Shown: positions 18,279 to 28,053 of the stretch, piece after piece | Numbering within the stretch: position 1 is the stretch's first letter | How the letters are laid out: every line of letters starts with the position of its first letter | Source of the DNA: Chloroflexaceae bacterium | Lineage (GTDB): Bacteria > Chloroflexota > Chloroflexia > Chloroflexales > Chloroflexaceae | Assembly: GCA_046719255.1 (NCBI GenBank) | Contig: JBDNDG010000001.1 | Span: 1 to 56,858 of the forward strand | Reading direction: 5' to 3' | DNA: 56,858 bases | Position numbers and translations under genes: made by a program | Notes under the pieces: generated by a model | What the model was told of the DNA's origin: nothing | Databases searched by the model: none | The model's input: the letters and a program-made list of their open reading frames with translations, nothing else

Positions 18279-21197
18279 TCAGCGGCGCACGACGGCGAGC
18301 GGCTGTAGTTCATCCCAGTTTGGACCGGCTTCGACATCAACGGCAAGGGGCACAATCAGCTCGTACACATGCTCCATCACCTCGGCCACCAGGCGGGCGG
18401 CCGTCTCGACTTCGACCTCGGGCGCTTCGAGGATCAGCTCGTCGTGCACCTGGAGCAACAGGCGGGTCGCCAACCCGCGCTCCTGAAGCCGGCGATGGAC
18501 GTTGATCATGGCAATCTTCATCAGATCGGCGGCGGTGCCCTGGATGGGGGCGTTGATCGCCTCGCGCATCGCCGCCTGGGCGCGCGGGCCCCTGGCCTCG
18601 CGCATCAACTCGGGGAAGTGGCGCCGCCGACCGAACAGGGTGCTCACATACCCGGTCCGGCGGGCGTGATCCAGGGTAGTGTCAATGTAGGTACGGATGC
18701 CGGGGAAGCTGGCGAACACACCGTCAATCAGGGCCTGGGCATCGGCGCGTTCCAGCCCCAGGCGCTGGGCCAGCCCGAAGGCGCTGATCCCGTAGATAAT
18801 GCCAAAGACCACCGTCTTGGCGATGCGGCGCTGGTTCTTGTCAACCTGGTCCTGCGGAACGCCGAAGAGCCGTGCGGCGGTAGCGGCGTGAATATCGCGG
18901 CCGGCGCGAAAGGTTTCGACCAGGGCCGGATCGCCGGTGATATGGGCCAGTACGCGCAGTTCAATCTGCGAATAGTCGGCGGCGATGAACTGGTGGCCGG
19001 GCGCGGCCACGAAGCCGCGCCGGATCTCCCGGCCCTCTTCGGTACGCACGGGAATGTTCTGCAGGTTCGGCGAGTCAGAGGACAGGCGCCCGGTAGCCGC
19101 GCCGATCTGGTTGTACGAGGTGTGAATGCGACCGGTGCGCGGGTTGACCAGGGTCGGCAGCGCGTCAACGTAGGTGCTCTTCAGCCGGGTAAGCTGGCGG
19201 TAGCGCAGGATGCTTGCGGCGATGGGGGCCAGAGGCGCAAGCTGCTCCAGCACCTCGGCGGTGATCGAGTAGCCTCCGTTCTTCAACCGGCTCAAACCGA
19301 GGGCCTTCGGATCGAGCCCGAACTTGCCGCTTTCGAAGAGCACCTGATTGAGCTGTTGCCCCGAGTTGATGTTGAACGGCTCGCCGGCCTGGGCGTAGAT
19401 CTCAGCCTCCAGGGCAGCGATACGCGCCTCGAGGCTGGCGCCCAACTGGCGCATATAGGCCACGTCGAGCAAGATCCCCGCCCGCTCCATATCGGCAAGC
19501 ACCGGTATCAGGGGCAACTCCAGACGGGCAAAGAGTTCGCCGAGGCGATCGTAGCGGGCAAGCTCCGCCTCGAGTACCGCCTTGAGCCGCAGGGTGAGGT
19601 CGGCATCGGCGGCGGCGTAGGGGGCGGCCCGTTCCACCGGCACCTCGGCGAAGCTGCGCTGATCACGCCCCCGGCCAATCAGCTCCTCGATGGGAGTAGG
19701 GGGTTCGGGAAGGCGCAACTCGAAGAACGCGAGTTCCTTCAGCCCGACGCGCTGCCTGCCGAGCAGCGCCGCCGCGATCATGGTGTCGAAGGCCAGCCCG
19801 CGCACCACGATCCCTTCCGTCATCAGCATCTCAAGGTCGAACTTGGCATTGTGGGCATACTTGGCTCTGGCAGGATCTTCAAAGAATGTGCGCAGGGCGG
19901 CGAGCACCTGCGCGCGGGGCAACTGCGGGCCGCTGCGGTGGCCGATGGGAACGTACACCGCCACACCGGGGGCGATGGCCAGCGAAATACCCACCAGATC
20001 GCTGCCGAAGGGCCGCAGGCCGGTGGCCTCCGTGTCGAAGGCGAAGGCCGGGGCAGCAGTGAGGCGCGTTACCAGATCGGCCAGATCGGCCTCGGTGGCG
20101 ATGAGCCGGTAATCGCCGTAGCTAACCGGCGCCGGGGCCACAGCGGGCGACTCGAGCTCGAAGAGCGGCAACTGCTCCGCGCCGCCATGTTCGAGGGGCG
20201 CGGGCGGCAACGTTGCCGGCAGGGTGGCGGAGAACAGATCTTGCTGTACGACCGCCGGCGTGGCAGCGCCATTGGCAGCGGGCACACCCGGCACAGTAGC
20301 GCTCCCGGAGGATGGCGGCAACTTCTTGATCAGACCGGAACTGGCACCGATCTCCAACTCCTGAAACAGACGAATGACCGCCCCGCGATCATAATCGCGC
20401 ACCGTCGCCGCCTGAAGGTCGAGCGTCACCGGGGCGTCACGGACAATCGTCGCCAGGCGTTTGCTGAACTCGGCTACTTCGCGTTGCCCCTCCAGCACCT
20501 TCTTGTAGCGGTTCGGCACGTCGTCGAGGTGGTCAAACAGGTTCTCAATTGAGCCAAACTGCTTCAGCAGGGTGATGGCGCCCTTCTCGCCGATACCCTT
20601 GACGCCGGGAATATTGTCGCTCACATCGCCCTTCAGACCGCGCAAGTCGGCCAGCTGGGCCGGAACCAGGCCATCGTAGCGCTCACGCACCTTCGCCAGA
20701 TCGTAGAGCGTGGTCGTGGTGCGGGCACCGTAGGGATTGGCCAGGATGACACGCACGTGCTCGTCCACCAGTTGCAGCGTGTCGGTATCGCCGGTCAGGA
20801 TGAGTGTCTCAAGGCCCTGAGCTGTGGCCTGCCGGGCCAGGGTACCGATAACATCGTCAGCTTCGTACCCCTCCGCGGTATAGATCGGGATGTTGAGGGC
20901 CTGGACGAACTGCTTGATCCGTTCCAGTTGCGGTTCAAACTCCTCGGGAGTCTCCGCACGGCCAGCCTTATACGCAGCATACAGATCATCACGGAAGGTG
21001 CGACCCACATCGAAGGCTACGGCCAGGTACTCTGGTTGCTGTTCTTGCAGCATGGTCAGCAGCATCTGGGCGAAGCCGAACACAGCGTAGGTCGGCTCGC
21101 CGCGCGACGAGCGCAGATCGGCCTCCTTGAGCGCGTGAAATGCGCGAAAGGCCAGTGCGTGACCATCAATCAGCGCCAGTCGCTTCGGCTGCGACAT
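18279..21197 (-). CDS. polA: DNA polymerase I
   Basis: 972 aa. The 5'-nuclease N-terminus is 'LIDGHALAFRAF'. Pol motifs 'DYSQIELRVLAH', 'RRIAKTVVFGIIYG' and 'LQVHDELILE'. Confidence 0.95.
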   Translation of the reverse strand: MSQPKRLALIDGHALAFRAFHALKEADLRSSRGEPTYAVFGFAQMLLTMLQEQQPEYLAVAFDVGRTFRDDLYAAYKAGRAETPEEFEPQLERIKQFVQALNIPIYTAEGYEADDVIGTLARQATAQGLETLILTGDTDTLQLVDEHVRVILANPYGARTTTTLYDLAKVRERYDGLVPAQLADLRGLKGDVSDNIPGVKGIGEKGAITLLKQFGSIENLFDHLDDVPNRYKKVLEGQREVAEFSKRLATIVRDAPVTLDLQAATVRDYDRGAVIRLFQELEIGASSGLIKKLPPSSGSATVPGVPAANGAATPAVVQQDLFSATLPATLPPAPLEHGGAEQLPLFELESPAVAPAPVSYGDYRLIATEADLADLVTRLTAAPAFAFDTEATGLRPFGSDLVGISLAIAPGVAVYVPIGHRSGPQLPRAQVLAALRTFFEDPARAKYAHNAKFDLEMLMTEGIVVRGLAFDTMIAAALLGRQRVGLKELAFFELRLPEPPTPIEELIGRGRDQRSFAEVPVERAAPYAAADADLTLRLKAVLEAELARYDRLGELFARLELPLIPVLADMERAGILLDVAYMRQLGASLEARIAALEAEIYAQAGEPFNINSGQQLNQVLFESGKFGLDPKALGLSRLKNGGYSITAEVLEQLAPLAPIAASILRYRQLTRLKSTYVDALPTLVNPRTGRIHTSYNQIGAATGRLSSDSPNLQNIPVRTEEGREIRRGFVAAPGHQFIAADYSQIELRVLAHITGDPALVETFRAGRDIHAATAARLFGVPQDQVDKNQRRIAKTVVFGIIYGISAFGLAQRLGLERADAQALIDGVFASFPGIRTYIDTTLDHARRTGYVSTLFGRRRHFPELMREARGPRAQAAMREAINAPIQGTAADLMKIAMINVHRRLQERGLATRLLLQVHDELILEAPEVEVETAARLVAEVMEHVYELIVPLAVDVEAGPNWDELQPLAVVRR

Positions 21198-21553
21198 GCC
21201 GGTCCCTTCCGGTCAAAGCGATCGCTACCGGCAATTATACCATCGCATTTCTCAACGCCGCTTGAACAACGCCTTGCCGGCAGATGACAAGCGTGCAAGA
21301 GTCAGCCCGCCGATCCGTCTCTCCGAGCGCGCCGGGGGCAGTCAGGTGGCTAGAAGCAGGCGCAGGCGCCCCCGTGAATATGGCAGCCCGAGTTCCGCCC
21401 TCCTCCCAGCCTCCCCCCGGCGGGGGGAGGAGCACGTTCCTCTTCCACGGCAGGAGAGGACCGGGGAAAGCGCAGCCCTCCCAGGAAACAACCCGCCGGC
21501 GGGGAGGGTTGGGGAGGACTGTGCCCTCCCAGGAATATTTCTCACATGAACCC

Positions 21554-21572
21554 GGGGAAACCGGGTTTCCCC
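21554..21572. repeat. module A hairpin
   Basis: Exact ggggaaaccgggtttcccc. B-like copies lie at 21463..21481 and 21511..21530. Confidence 0.9.
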
Positions 21573-21667
21573 GATCTCCTCCCTGTGGGAGGGTGCAGGG
21601 CATCTGCCGGTGGGCCGGCCTTGCACGAGGTTATGTCACACTCACCCGTCGCTCCGCCGCGAGAATG

Positions 21668-21696
21668 TTGACACTCCCGGTGTCTACGAGTATACT
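21668..21696 (+). promoter_or_regulatory. near-consensus sigma70 promoter TTGACA-17-TATACT
   Basis: Seen directly. No credible ORF starts within 350 nt downstream. mgtE begins 570 nt downstream. Confidence 0.6.
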
Positions 21697-21805
21697 TCCT
21701 CGCGTTCACGCACGTGCGAAACCCACCCGATCCACGCCGAACGATGCGCCCCTTGCGGTGCGGGCGAGCCGTGGTTTTGCTACGTAGTCTTTCTGGGAAC
21801 CGTAT

Positions 21806-21893
21806 GGGGAGACCCGGTTTCCCTGTTTCATGCGGCCGGGCTGCACAACGACACGATGAACGGAGTTTTTTCCTGGGAGGGCTGCGCCCTCCC
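21806..21893. repeat. composite repeat copy inside the mgtE upstream region (A-like 21806..21823, B 21875..21893)
   Basis: Seen directly. Confidence 0.85.
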
Positions 21894-22107
21894 AAACCCT
21901 CCCCGCTGAGAAGGGTAACTGCGTGAGGGTCCCACGGACCATTTCGATAGTTTCCAAATGCTGAGCCAGGCGTGAACTCGCGCCAGGGATGGGGCATGGA
22001 CAGCAATCATACACGTCGGCGGCGCAGCGGAGCGCCTACCATCACTACCAGCTTCACCGGTCCCACGTGCGCTGGCTGCTATGCCTGAGCGTTTCGTGGT
22101 CACTGTT

Positions 22108-22137
22108 CCCGGTGCGGCCTGGCCCACCGGGTTTTTT
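22108..22137 (+). terminator. intrinsic-terminator-like hairpin CCCGGTG-N10-CACCGGG + TTTTTT in the mgtE leader
   Basis: 7-bp GC-rich stem followed by T6, 129 nt upstream of the mgtE ATG. No plus-strand gene lies upstream that it could terminate. Confidence 0.55.
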
Positions 22138-22265
22138 GTTGCCCGTCCGGGCCAGGCAGTGGCGCTCCTTTCGCCGCAGTGTTCCGTAGGCCAGCGTCGG
22201 GCACGCCCGGTGCACCGACGGTGCGGGGGCGGCCCCGGCCGCCACTCGCGGGGAAAGAGCGGATT

Positions 22266-23621
22266 ATGACCACTGATCCAACCACCGGTGTCGAAACCAT
22301 TCACAGCCTGATCGCCGCACAACAGTGGCCCCGGGTGCGCGCGGCGCTCGCGGCCCGGCCCGAAGCCGAGATCGCCGATCTGTTGCTGGAACTGGCCCCC
22401 GCCGAGCGCGTGGTGGTCTTTCGCCTGTTGCCACGCGCGGTCTCCAGCGAGGTGTTCGCGCACCTCAGTTCCGACGATCAGAACGACCTGCTCGCCCAAC
22501 TCACCAGTGAGGAAACCAGGCATCTGCTCGCCGGCCTGACCCCCGATGATCGCACCCAGCTGCTCGAAGAGTTGCCGGGCCAGGTGACGCAAAAACTGCT
22601 TAACCTGCTCGGACCCGACGATCTGCGCGAGGCGCGGCAGCTTCTCGGCTACCCCGAGGAGAGCGTGGGCCGCCTGATGACCCCCGACTACGTCGCCGTG
22701 CGCCCGGAGTGGACCATCGCTCGCGCCCTGGAGCACATTCGCACCCGCGGCCAGGATAGCGAGACGATCAATGTGGTCTACGTCACCGATGCGCACTGGC
22801 GTTTCCTCGATGCGCTCGAATTGCGGCGCTTTATCCTGGCCGATCCGCAACAGACCGTCGCACAGATCATGAACTACACCTACGTGGTGTTGTCAGCGTT
22901 CGATGATCGGGAGAAAGCCGTGCAGGCCCTGCGCCGCTACGACCTGCCGGCCCTGCCGGTGGTGGACTCGGGAGGGGTGTTGCTGGGGATCGTTACCTTT
23001 GACGACCTGATCGACGTCGCCGACGAAGAGGCGACCGAAGATTTCCACAAGGGCGCTGCCGTGGCACCCCTGCGCGGCAAGTACCTGGAAACCAGGATCA
23101 TCGAACTGGTACAAAAACGGGCGCCCTGGCTGCTGGCGCTGGTGTTTGTCAACATTTTCTCTGGTGCGGCCATCGCCGCCTTCGAAGACACCATTGCCGC
23201 AGTGGTGGCCCTGGTCTTTTTTCTGCCCCTGCTGATCGATAGCAGCGGCAACGCCGGCTCCCAGTCTGCCACGTTGACCGTGCGCGCCCTGGCGATGGAA
23301 GAAGTGCGCGGGCGTGATTGGACCAGGCTGCTGCGGAAAGAGATGGTGGTGTCGGTCATGCTTGGCCTGGCAATGGCCGCAGCAGTTGCGGTACTGGCCT
23401 ACTTCCGCGCCGGTCCGGACGTTGCCGTGGTGGTTGCGCTCACGATGGCGCTGGTCGTCGTGGTAGGCAGCACCATCGGCACGGTGCTGCCCTTGCTGTT
23501 GCGACGCATGGGCCTCGACCCCGCCACGGCGAGCGGGCCACTGATCACCTCGCTGGCGGACATCTCGGGGGTCGTGATCTATTTCTCACTGGCGACCTGG
23601 CTCCTTGATCTGGAGTCCTGA
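22266..23621 (+). CDS. mgtE: magnesium transporter MgtE
   Basis: Start trimmed to ATG 22266. N-domain 'IADLLLEL..ERVVVFRLLP', tandem CBS region, and TM domain with 'PLLIDSSGNAGSQS' and 'SGPLITSLADISG'. Confidence 0.9.
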   Translation: MTTDPTTGVETIHSLIAAQQWPRVRAALAARPEAEIADLLLELAPAERVVVFRLLPRAVSSEVFAHLSSDDQNDLLAQLTSEETRHLLAGLTPDDRTQLLEELPGQVTQKLLNLLGPDDLREARQLLGYPEESVGRLMTPDYVAVRPEWTIARALEHIRTRGQDSETINVVYVTDAHWRFLDALELRRFILADPQQTVAQIMNYTYVVLSAFDDREKAVQALRRYDLPALPVVDSGGVLLGIVTFDDLIDVADEEATEDFHKGAAVAPLRGKYLETRIIELVQKRAPWLLALVFVNIFSGAAIAAFEDTIAAVVALVFFLPLLIDSSGNAGSQSATLTVRALAMEEVRGRDWTRLLRKEMVVSVMLGLAMAAAVAVLAYFRAGPDVAVVVALTMALVVVVGSTIGTVLPLLLRRMGLDPATASGPLITSLADISGVVIYFSLATWLLDLES

Positions 23622-23779
23622 TGCGAACGTAGGGGAAACAAGGTTCCCCCCCATGCCCCGGCCCGCCTACCAGGGGCGCCAGGCGCCCCCGGCAGCGGTT
23701 GGAGAGCCCCTCCAGGTGAGGAGGGTTGGGGAAGGCACTGCCCTCAGGAACCCTTACGCACAACACCCCGGAGACGCGC

Positions 23780-25501
23780 ATGGCCGCAACCCGCAGGGTC
23801 TTTACACCCACTCCTTCCGACCGGCCCCGAATCACCGGCGCGGACCTGACGGTCCTGCTGATCGTCGCCGGTTTGCTCGCGCTGGCGGTGTGGCTGGCGC
23901 AGACCGCTCCCACCGCGGTGCACGGCCCGGCGATCAGCCTGGAGCCAACCGCGCTGCCCTACTACGCCATGCTCTCGGTGGGGCGCATGGCCGCAGCCTA
24001 TACCCTCTCGCTGCTCTTTACCCTGTTCTATGGCTACATGGCCGCGCATAACCCACGGGCCGAGCGCTGGATGTTGCCGCTCCTTGACGTGCTGCAGAGC
24101 GTGCCGATCCTCTCCTTCCTACCGGTCGTCCTGCTCAGCCTCAGCGCCGTGCTGCCCGAACGTGTCGCCGTCGAGCTTGCCGCGATTGTGCTGATCTTCA
24201 CCAGCCAGGTTTGGAACATGACCTTTGCCTGGTATCAGTCGCTCAGTACCGTGCCGGGCGAACTACGCGAGGCCAGCGCGGTTTTTCGCTTCTCTCCGTG
24301 GCGGCGATTTACGACTACCGAACTGCCCTTTGGGGCCCTGAGCCTGATCTGGAACAGCATGATGAGTTGGGCCGGCGGCTGGTTCTTCCTGATGGCCGCC
24401 GAGATCTTCACCCTGGGCGACCGCGACTTTCGCCTGGCCGGCCTGGGGGCCTATTTGCAGACTGCCGCCGATGCCGGCAACCTCGTCGCCATTGGCTGGG
24501 GCCTGCTCACCCTGGTGCTGGTGATCGTGGGCCTTGACCAGCTCGTCTGGCGACCGTTGCTGGCGTGGGCCGAGCGCTTCAAGATCGAGCAAGTGGAAAG
24601 CGATACGCCCGGCGTTTCGTGGTTCTACGAACTGTTGCAGCGGGCAGCCTTCCCACGGTTGATCGGGCGCCTGTGGGAGCCACTGAACCTGGCCATTGAC
24701 CGGAGGATGATCCGCACAACCGTGACCATCCGCAGCACTGGCGCCACCACATCGAAGCGTTCGCCGATCGCCTGGCTACTAATGGCGATCGTTGCGGCGC
24801 TGGCCCTGGGAGGCGCGTTTCTGGGAGGGCGACTCCTGTTGCAGGTGCCGCCCGCACAATGGCTCACCATTGCCCTGGGCGTCGGCGCGACGTTGCTGCG
24901 CGTGTCGGCTGCCCTGGTCATCGCTCTGCTGTGGACGGTGCCGGTGGGCGTGTACATCGGCACCCATCCCCGGGCTGCGGCAGTGCTTCAGCCGCTGGTG
25001 CAGATCGTCGCTTCGATCCCCGCCACGGCCCTCTTCCCGGTGCTGGTGCTGGTGCTACTCAATGCGCCCGGCGGGCTGAACGTAGCCGCGGTGCTGCTGA
25101 TGCTCCTCGGCACCCAGTGGTACCTGCTCTTCAACGTCATCGCTGGCGCCGCCGCACTGCCCCAGGATCTGCGCTACACGAGCGACCTGTTGCAACTCTC
25201 GGGCTGGATGCGCTGGCGCGTGCTGATCCTGCCCGCCCTCTTTCCCTACCTGATTACCGGCATGATCACCGCCAGCGGCGGCGCCTGGAACGCCAGCATC
25301 GTCGCGGAATACGTGGTGTTTGGAGGCACAACCTACGCGACCCTGGGAGTTGGCGCGCTGATCACCTCCGCTACCGCCGCCGGCGATTACCCCGGACTGC
25401 TGGCGGCTACCCTGGCCATGGTGCTGACGGTGGTGGCGATCAACCGCCTGGTCTGGCGACGGCTCTACCGGCTGGCCGAGACGATCTACCGCATGGATTG
25501 A
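23780..25501 (+). CDS. ABC transporter permease with duplicated transmembrane domain (NitT/TauT-like)
   Basis: Start trimmed to ATG 23780. About 573 aa with ~12 predicted helices in two homologous halves. Each half carries a 'EAS/DL..LS.W..F' EAA-like loop. Confidence 0.7.
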   Translation: MAATRRVFTPTPSDRPRITGADLTVLLIVAGLLALAVWLAQTAPTAVHGPAISLEPTALPYYAMLSVGRMAAAYTLSLLFTLFYGYMAAHNPRAERWMLPLLDVLQSVPILSFLPVVLLSLSAVLPERVAVELAAIVLIFTSQVWNMTFAWYQSLSTVPGELREASAVFRFSPWRRFTTTELPFGALSLIWNSMMSWAGGWFFLMAAEIFTLGDRDFRLAGLGAYLQTAADAGNLVAIGWGLLTLVLVIVGLDQLVWRPLLAWAERFKIEQVESDTPGVSWFYELLQRAAFPRLIGRLWEPLNLAIDRRMIRTTVTIRSTGATTSKRSPIAWLLMAIVAALALGGAFLGGRLLLQVPPAQWLTIALGVGATLLRVSAALVIALLWTVPVGVYIGTHPRAAAVLQPLVQIVASIPATALFPVLVLVLLNAPGGLNVAAVLLMLLGTQWYLLFNVIAGAAALPQDLRYTSDLLQLSGWMRWRVLILPALFPYLITGMITASGGAWNASIVAEYVVFGGTTYATLGVGALITSATAAGDYPGLLAATLAMVLTVVAINRLVWRRLYRLAETIYRMD

Positions 25502-25518
25502 CGCATAAGGAGCGAGCA

Positions 25519-26850
25519 ATGAGCGCCTCTCGAAACCCCGCGCTGGTGGAGGTGCGCGGCGTGGCCCAGCGCTACGGGCTCGGCGACAAACGCTTTACCG
25601 CCGTGGAAAACATCAACCTGAGCATCCGCGAAGGCGAGTTCGTGGCCCTCCTCGGCCCCTCGGGCTGCGGTAAGAGCACCCTGTTGCGGATCATCACCGG
25701 CTTGAACGAGCCGAGCGAGGGCACGGTGCTCTACCGCGGCGCGCCGCTCCGCGGAGTCAATCCCAAAGCAACGATTGTTTTCCAGACCTTCGCGCTCTTC
25801 CCCTGGCTAACGGTCGAAGAAAACGTGGCCGTGGCTCTGCAGGCCCGCGGCGTGGCGATCGAAGCGGCCCGTGCCCGCGCCGTTGAATTGATTGACCTGG
25901 TCGGTCTCGACGGCTTTGAACAAGCCTACCCCCGCGAACTGTCGGGCGGGATGCGCCAGAAAGTCGGCATCGCCCGCGCCCTGGCCGTAGACCCGGAGCT
26001 GCTCTGTCTCGACGAGCCGTTCAGCGCCCTCGATGTGTTGAGCGCCGAGACCCTGCGCGGCGAAGTGCTGGAACTGTGGACCGGCGGCCAGTTGCAGATC
26101 CGCGCGGTGCTGATGGTTAGCCACAATATCGAAGAGGCGGTCTTTATGGCCGACCGGATCGTGGTGATGGACAAGGGTCCGGGCCGGATCGTGGCCGAGG
26201 TGGCGGTGAACTTACCCCATCCGCGCGACCGCAAATCTGAGGCCTTCACCGCCCTGGTCAACCGCGTCTACGCCATGCTTATGGGCCAGACGCAGCCGGA
26301 GGAGATCGAGTTTGGCACCGAACCAGGACAGGCCGGTGTCACCCGCGCCCTGCCCCTGGCCCCGGTGACGGCACTGGCCGGGTTGCTCGAGCACGCCAAC
26401 GCCACCCCCTACGAGCGCGACGAAATTGCCCAGTTGCGGGAGGATCTGGGGCTCGATCTCGACCACCTGCTTCCCCTGATCGAAGCAGCCGAACTGCTGG
26501 GCTTCGCGCGGGTGGAGAGCGGGGCGCTGATCCTCACGCCGCTCGGCGAGGCCTTCGCCGAGGCCAGCATCCTGGCCCGCAAAGAGATCTTTGCCACCCG
26601 CCTGCGGCGACTGCCCTTCTTCCGCTGGATGCTGCGCATGCTGCGGGCCGCAGGCGACCAGGCCCTGCGCTGGGAGGTGTTGCTGGCTGCGCTGGAGCGC
26701 GATTTCCCCCCGGAGGAGGCCGAACGCCAGCTAGACATCGCCAGCGAGTGGGGACGTTACGCCGAACTCTTCGCCTACGATGACACTGAAGGGGTCTTCT
26801 TCCTGGAGGGTCAGACAGCGGTGACGGCGACCGGGACGGAAGATCGCTAA
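25519..26850 (+). CDS. ABC transporter ATP-binding protein with ~190-aa C-terminal extension
   Basis: AAGGAG precedes ATG 25519. Walker A GPSGCGKST, signature LSGGMRQK, Walker B LLCLDEP, H-loop VSHN. The C-terminal non-ABC domain is 'LPLIEAAELLGFA...'. Confidence 0.85.
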   Translation: MSASRNPALVEVRGVAQRYGLGDKRFTAVENINLSIREGEFVALLGPSGCGKSTLLRIITGLNEPSEGTVLYRGAPLRGVNPKATIVFQTFALFPWLTVEENVAVALQARGVAIEAARARAVELIDLVGLDGFEQAYPRELSGGMRQKVGIARALAVDPELLCLDEPFSALDVLSAETLRGEVLELWTGGQLQIRAVLMVSHNIEEAVFMADRIVVMDKGPGRIVAEVAVNLPHPRDRKSEAFTALVNRVYAMLMGQTQPEEIEFGTEPGQAGVTRALPLAPVTALAGLLEHANATPYERDEIAQLREDLGLDLDHLLPLIEAAELLGFARVESGALILTPLGEAFAEASILARKEIFATRLRRLPFFRWMLRMLRAAGDQALRWEVLLAALERDFPPEEAERQLDIASEWGRYAELFAYDDTEGVFFLEGQTAVTATGTEDR

Positions 26851-26916
26851 TGAAAGGCTATGGGAGATTCTTCTGGGCGGGCTGCGCCCGCCCACACTCT
26901 CCCGGGCAGGGCTATG

Positions 26917-28011
26917 TCAGGCGTCGATCTCTACCGGGACACAACGCCGCCCCCAGTGGCCCGGCTGTGGCTCGAAGCGACCGGGCAGAGCGGCACCGCA
27001 GCGCCCGCAGCGGCCATGATCATCGAGGTTCCAGCGGCCAAGGCGGTACCAATCGCGTTCGATAAGGAGCATACCGCACGCAGGGCAGGTGGTCGTCTCG
27101 CCGGGAGGATTGTGGATATTGCCGGTGTAGACGTAGCGCAGGCCAGCGGCAAGCGCCTGTTCGCGCGCCCGGATGAGCGTCGCCCGGGGTGTAGGCGGCA
27201 CATCGAGCATCCGGTAGGCCGGGTAAAACGCGCTCAAGTGCAGGGGCACGTCTGGACCCAGATTGGTGACAAGCCATTCACATAGCCGTGTCACCTGCTC
27301 GGGCGCATCATTATGACCGGGGATGAGCAGATTGGTTACTTCGAGCCAGACCGTGGTCTCGTGGAAGAGGTAGCGAAGCGTATCGAGGACCGGAGCGAGA
27401 TCGCCGAGGCAAACCTGGCGATAGAAGTCCTGATCGATGGCTTTGAGATCGATATTCGCGGCGTCCATATGAGCAAAGAAATCCTTGCGCGCCGCGGGAT
27501 TGATATAGCCGGCCGAGACGGCCACCGTTCGCAATCCGCGGGCGTGGGCCGCCTCGGCGCAATCAATGGCATACTCGGCGAAAATCACCGGGTCATTGTA
27601 GGTAAAGGCGATGCTATGACAACCGGCGACCACGGCAGCATCGGCCACGGCCGCCGGGGTGGCCCGGGCGCAGAGGCGATCCAGCGACCGGGCTTTCGAG
27701 ATATCCCAGTTCTGGCAGAAGCGGCACCCCAGGTTACATCCGGCAGTGCCAAACGAAAGCACCGCCGTGCCGGGGTAAAAATGGTACAGAGGCTTCTTTT
27801 CAATCGGGTCGATGCAGAAGCCTGAAGCCCGGCCATAGCTGGTAAGGGCGATCACGCCATTGCGGGCCTGACGTATGAAACAAAAGCCGCGCTGACCCTC
27901 GCGTAGCCTGCACCCGCGCGGGCAGAGATCACACTGCCACCTGTCATCGTCGGTCCGATGCCACCACTCGCCGACGATCACACCCGGTTCAAGAAAGGTT
28001 CGTTTCGGCAT
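26917..28011 (-). CDS. AmmeMemoRadiSam-type radical SAM enzyme
   Basis: 364 aa. N-terminal 'CDLCPRGCRLREGQRGFC' and the radical SAM cluster 'CNLGCRFCQNW'. Overall pattern resembles PFL-activase-like AmmeMemoRadiSam proteins. Confidence 0.75.
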   Translation of the reverse strand: MPKRTFLEPGVIVGEWWHRTDDDRWQCDLCPRGCRLREGQRGFCFIRQARNGVIALTSYGRASGFCIDPIEKKPLYHFYPGTAVLSFGTAGCNLGCRFCQNWDISKARSLDRLCARATPAAVADAAVVAGCHSIAFTYNDPVIFAEYAIDCAEAAHARGLRTVAVSAGYINPAARKDFFAHMDAANIDLKAIDQDFYRQVCLGDLAPVLDTLRYLFHETTVWLEVTNLLIPGHNDAPEQVTRLCEWLVTNLGPDVPLHLSAFYPAYRMLDVPPTPRATLIRAREQALAAGLRYVYTGNIHNPPGETTTCPACGMLLIERDWYRLGRWNLDDHGRCGRCGAALPGRFEPQPGHWGRRCVPVEIDA

Positions 28012-28053
28012 TGCACCGTAGAGAACGGACGCCCGGAGCCCTTGCTGCGGTGA

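Noticed and set aside
22069-22080. A tmRNA-like tag ending (GCG CTG GCT GCT = ALAA) in the mgtE leader.
   Set aside because: It is followed by ATG rather than a stop. There is no tRNA-like acceptor or T-arm (GGTTCGAATCC) and no 3' CCA context.
21960-22107. M-box (ykoK) riboswitch upstream of mgtE.
   Set aside because: It was expected from established mgtE regulation. The conserved M-box strings (GUUAGGUGAGG, GCCC.GAAA.GUC, AAUGGGUCAACAG) are not visible on either strand. This needs a cmscan run to exclude definitively.
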